A stretch of 64,000 bases of DNA from an uncultured archaeon (GTDB taxonomy: Archaea; Iainarchaeota; Iainarchaeia; Iainarchaeales; DATDZZ01). Positions 63,408 to 64,000 of this stretch are shown here, one piece after another. The notes under the pieces are model-generated. The model ran no database searches. It worked only from the letters and a program-made list of their open reading frames with translations, and had not been told where the DNA came from. How positions within the stretch are numbered: position 1 is the stretch's first letter; each line of letters starts with the position of its first letter. Made by a program: the position numbers and the translations under genes. The stretch is taken from positions 28,468-92,467 of the forward strand of contig CAYJVY010000006.1 of NCBI GenBank assembly GCA_964373795.1, read 5' to 3'.

Positions 63408-64000
63408 TTATTGCTGCTTATTTTGTGGGAGTTGTGCCAATATTTGCAATGATTGGAATAGAGCCTTCAGTTGGAACTAAAACAGTGTTAACTCCGCCTG
63501 ATTTTTCAAGTGCTTGCAAGTATCTATATGAAAGTAAATCCTTATTTTTAGATAATGCTTCATTAACCTTTTGTAATCCAGCTGCTTCTCCTTCAGAAAT
63601 TGAGCGAATTGCATCTGCTTCTCCTTTAGCTCTTTCTCTTCTAGCATCTGCATCTCCTTTTGCTTGAATTACAGCTGCATCAGCTAATCCTTGCTGTTCT
63701 TGTCTAACTCTTTCAGCTTCTTGCTTGGCAATTTCTACTTCATTCTTTTTTTGAGTAATTCTTTCTTCAGCAGCTCTCTTGGCTTCAATTGCTTCAGTAA
63801 TAGTTTTAGGTAAAATAATTGCTCTAATTAAAACCTTTTCAATTACAAATCCATCTCCTTCAAATGAAGGCTTTAAGTTGTCAAAGATTTGTTGTTCAAG
63901 TTTTTCTCTTCCAGATCCATATAACTCAGTTGCTAAAGATCCTCCGGTTACTTCTCTTGCAGCACTTCTAATTCTTGGAATAACAGTGTTAGCTCTATAA
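63408..64000 (-). CDS. SPFH/band-7 (stomatin/prohibitin/HflC-like) protein. The C-terminal part is in the window and the N-terminus runs beyond the window end.
   Basis: Reverse-strand translation gives ...SVIPRIRSAAREVTGGSLATELYGSGREKLEQQIFDNLKPSFEGDGFVIEKVLIRAIILPKTITEAIEAKRAAEERITQKKNEVEIAKQEAERVRQEQQGLADAAVIQAKGDADA...SKNKDLLSYRYLQALEKSGG. This is the conserved band-7 core plus a coiled-coil. The stop is at 63408-63410. Confidence 0.75.

Noticed and set aside
63374-64000. Plus-strand ORFs 63374-63667 and 63779-64000
   Set aside because: Antisense to a clear SPFH/band-7 coding frame on the reverse strand, and their sequences mirror its Ala/Glu-rich coiled-coil.

Overview
This is an AT-rich window (roughly 28-32% G+C by eye) whose gene content is archaeal. 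It carries FEN-1, proteasome-activating nucleotidase PAN, an archaeal MBF1-like factor, FtsZ, RibL FAD synthase, archaeal-type TyrRS, CysRS, form III RuBisCO, and tRNAs without encoded CCA. The combination points to a small-genome DPANN-like archaeon; that is inference. Four RNA genes are called: an SRP (7S) RNA candidate standing out as a G+C-rich island, plus tRNA-Asn(GTT), tRNA-Ser(GCT) and tRNA-Leu(CAA). All three tRNAs share a conserved upstream promoter-like element, and upstream of tRNA-Ser the distal half of that element is amplified into about 9 tandem 14-bp copies. Other notable loci are described below.

- **Surface-protein operon:** a 4190-aa secreted protein with about 14 tandem two-domain repeat units, followed by a 762-aa Cys-rich protein with a C-terminal membrane anchor.
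- **Carbon and pentose module:** rpe, rpiB, split transketolase (N and C halves), transaldolase, and form III RuBisCO.
- **Compositionally foreign blocks next to tRNA-Ser:** two G+C-richer segments (about 40% by eye). One holds a 512-aa bacterial-type lipobox protein. The other holds a C-terminal ABC permease fragment, an intact NitT/TauT-type ABC ATPase, and an antisense ORF.
- **HicAB cassette:** a hicB-hicA module sits between perfect 51-bp direct repeats. Each repeat carries the 3' end of one of two convergent genes.
- **VapBC pair:** a PIN-domain toxin with a 1-nt overlapping small antitoxin.
- **Methyltransferase locus:** a DNA-methyltransferase-like gene with an uncharacterised downstream partner.
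- **LysW-like carrier candidate:** a zinc-ribbon protein with an acidic tail, with a RimK-like ATP-grasp ORF nearby.
- **ORF wedged in the split transketolase:** an unexplained ORF with a basic N-terminus and a kinase-like N-lobe lies between the two tkt halves.

No CRISPR array, integrase or transposase was recognised.
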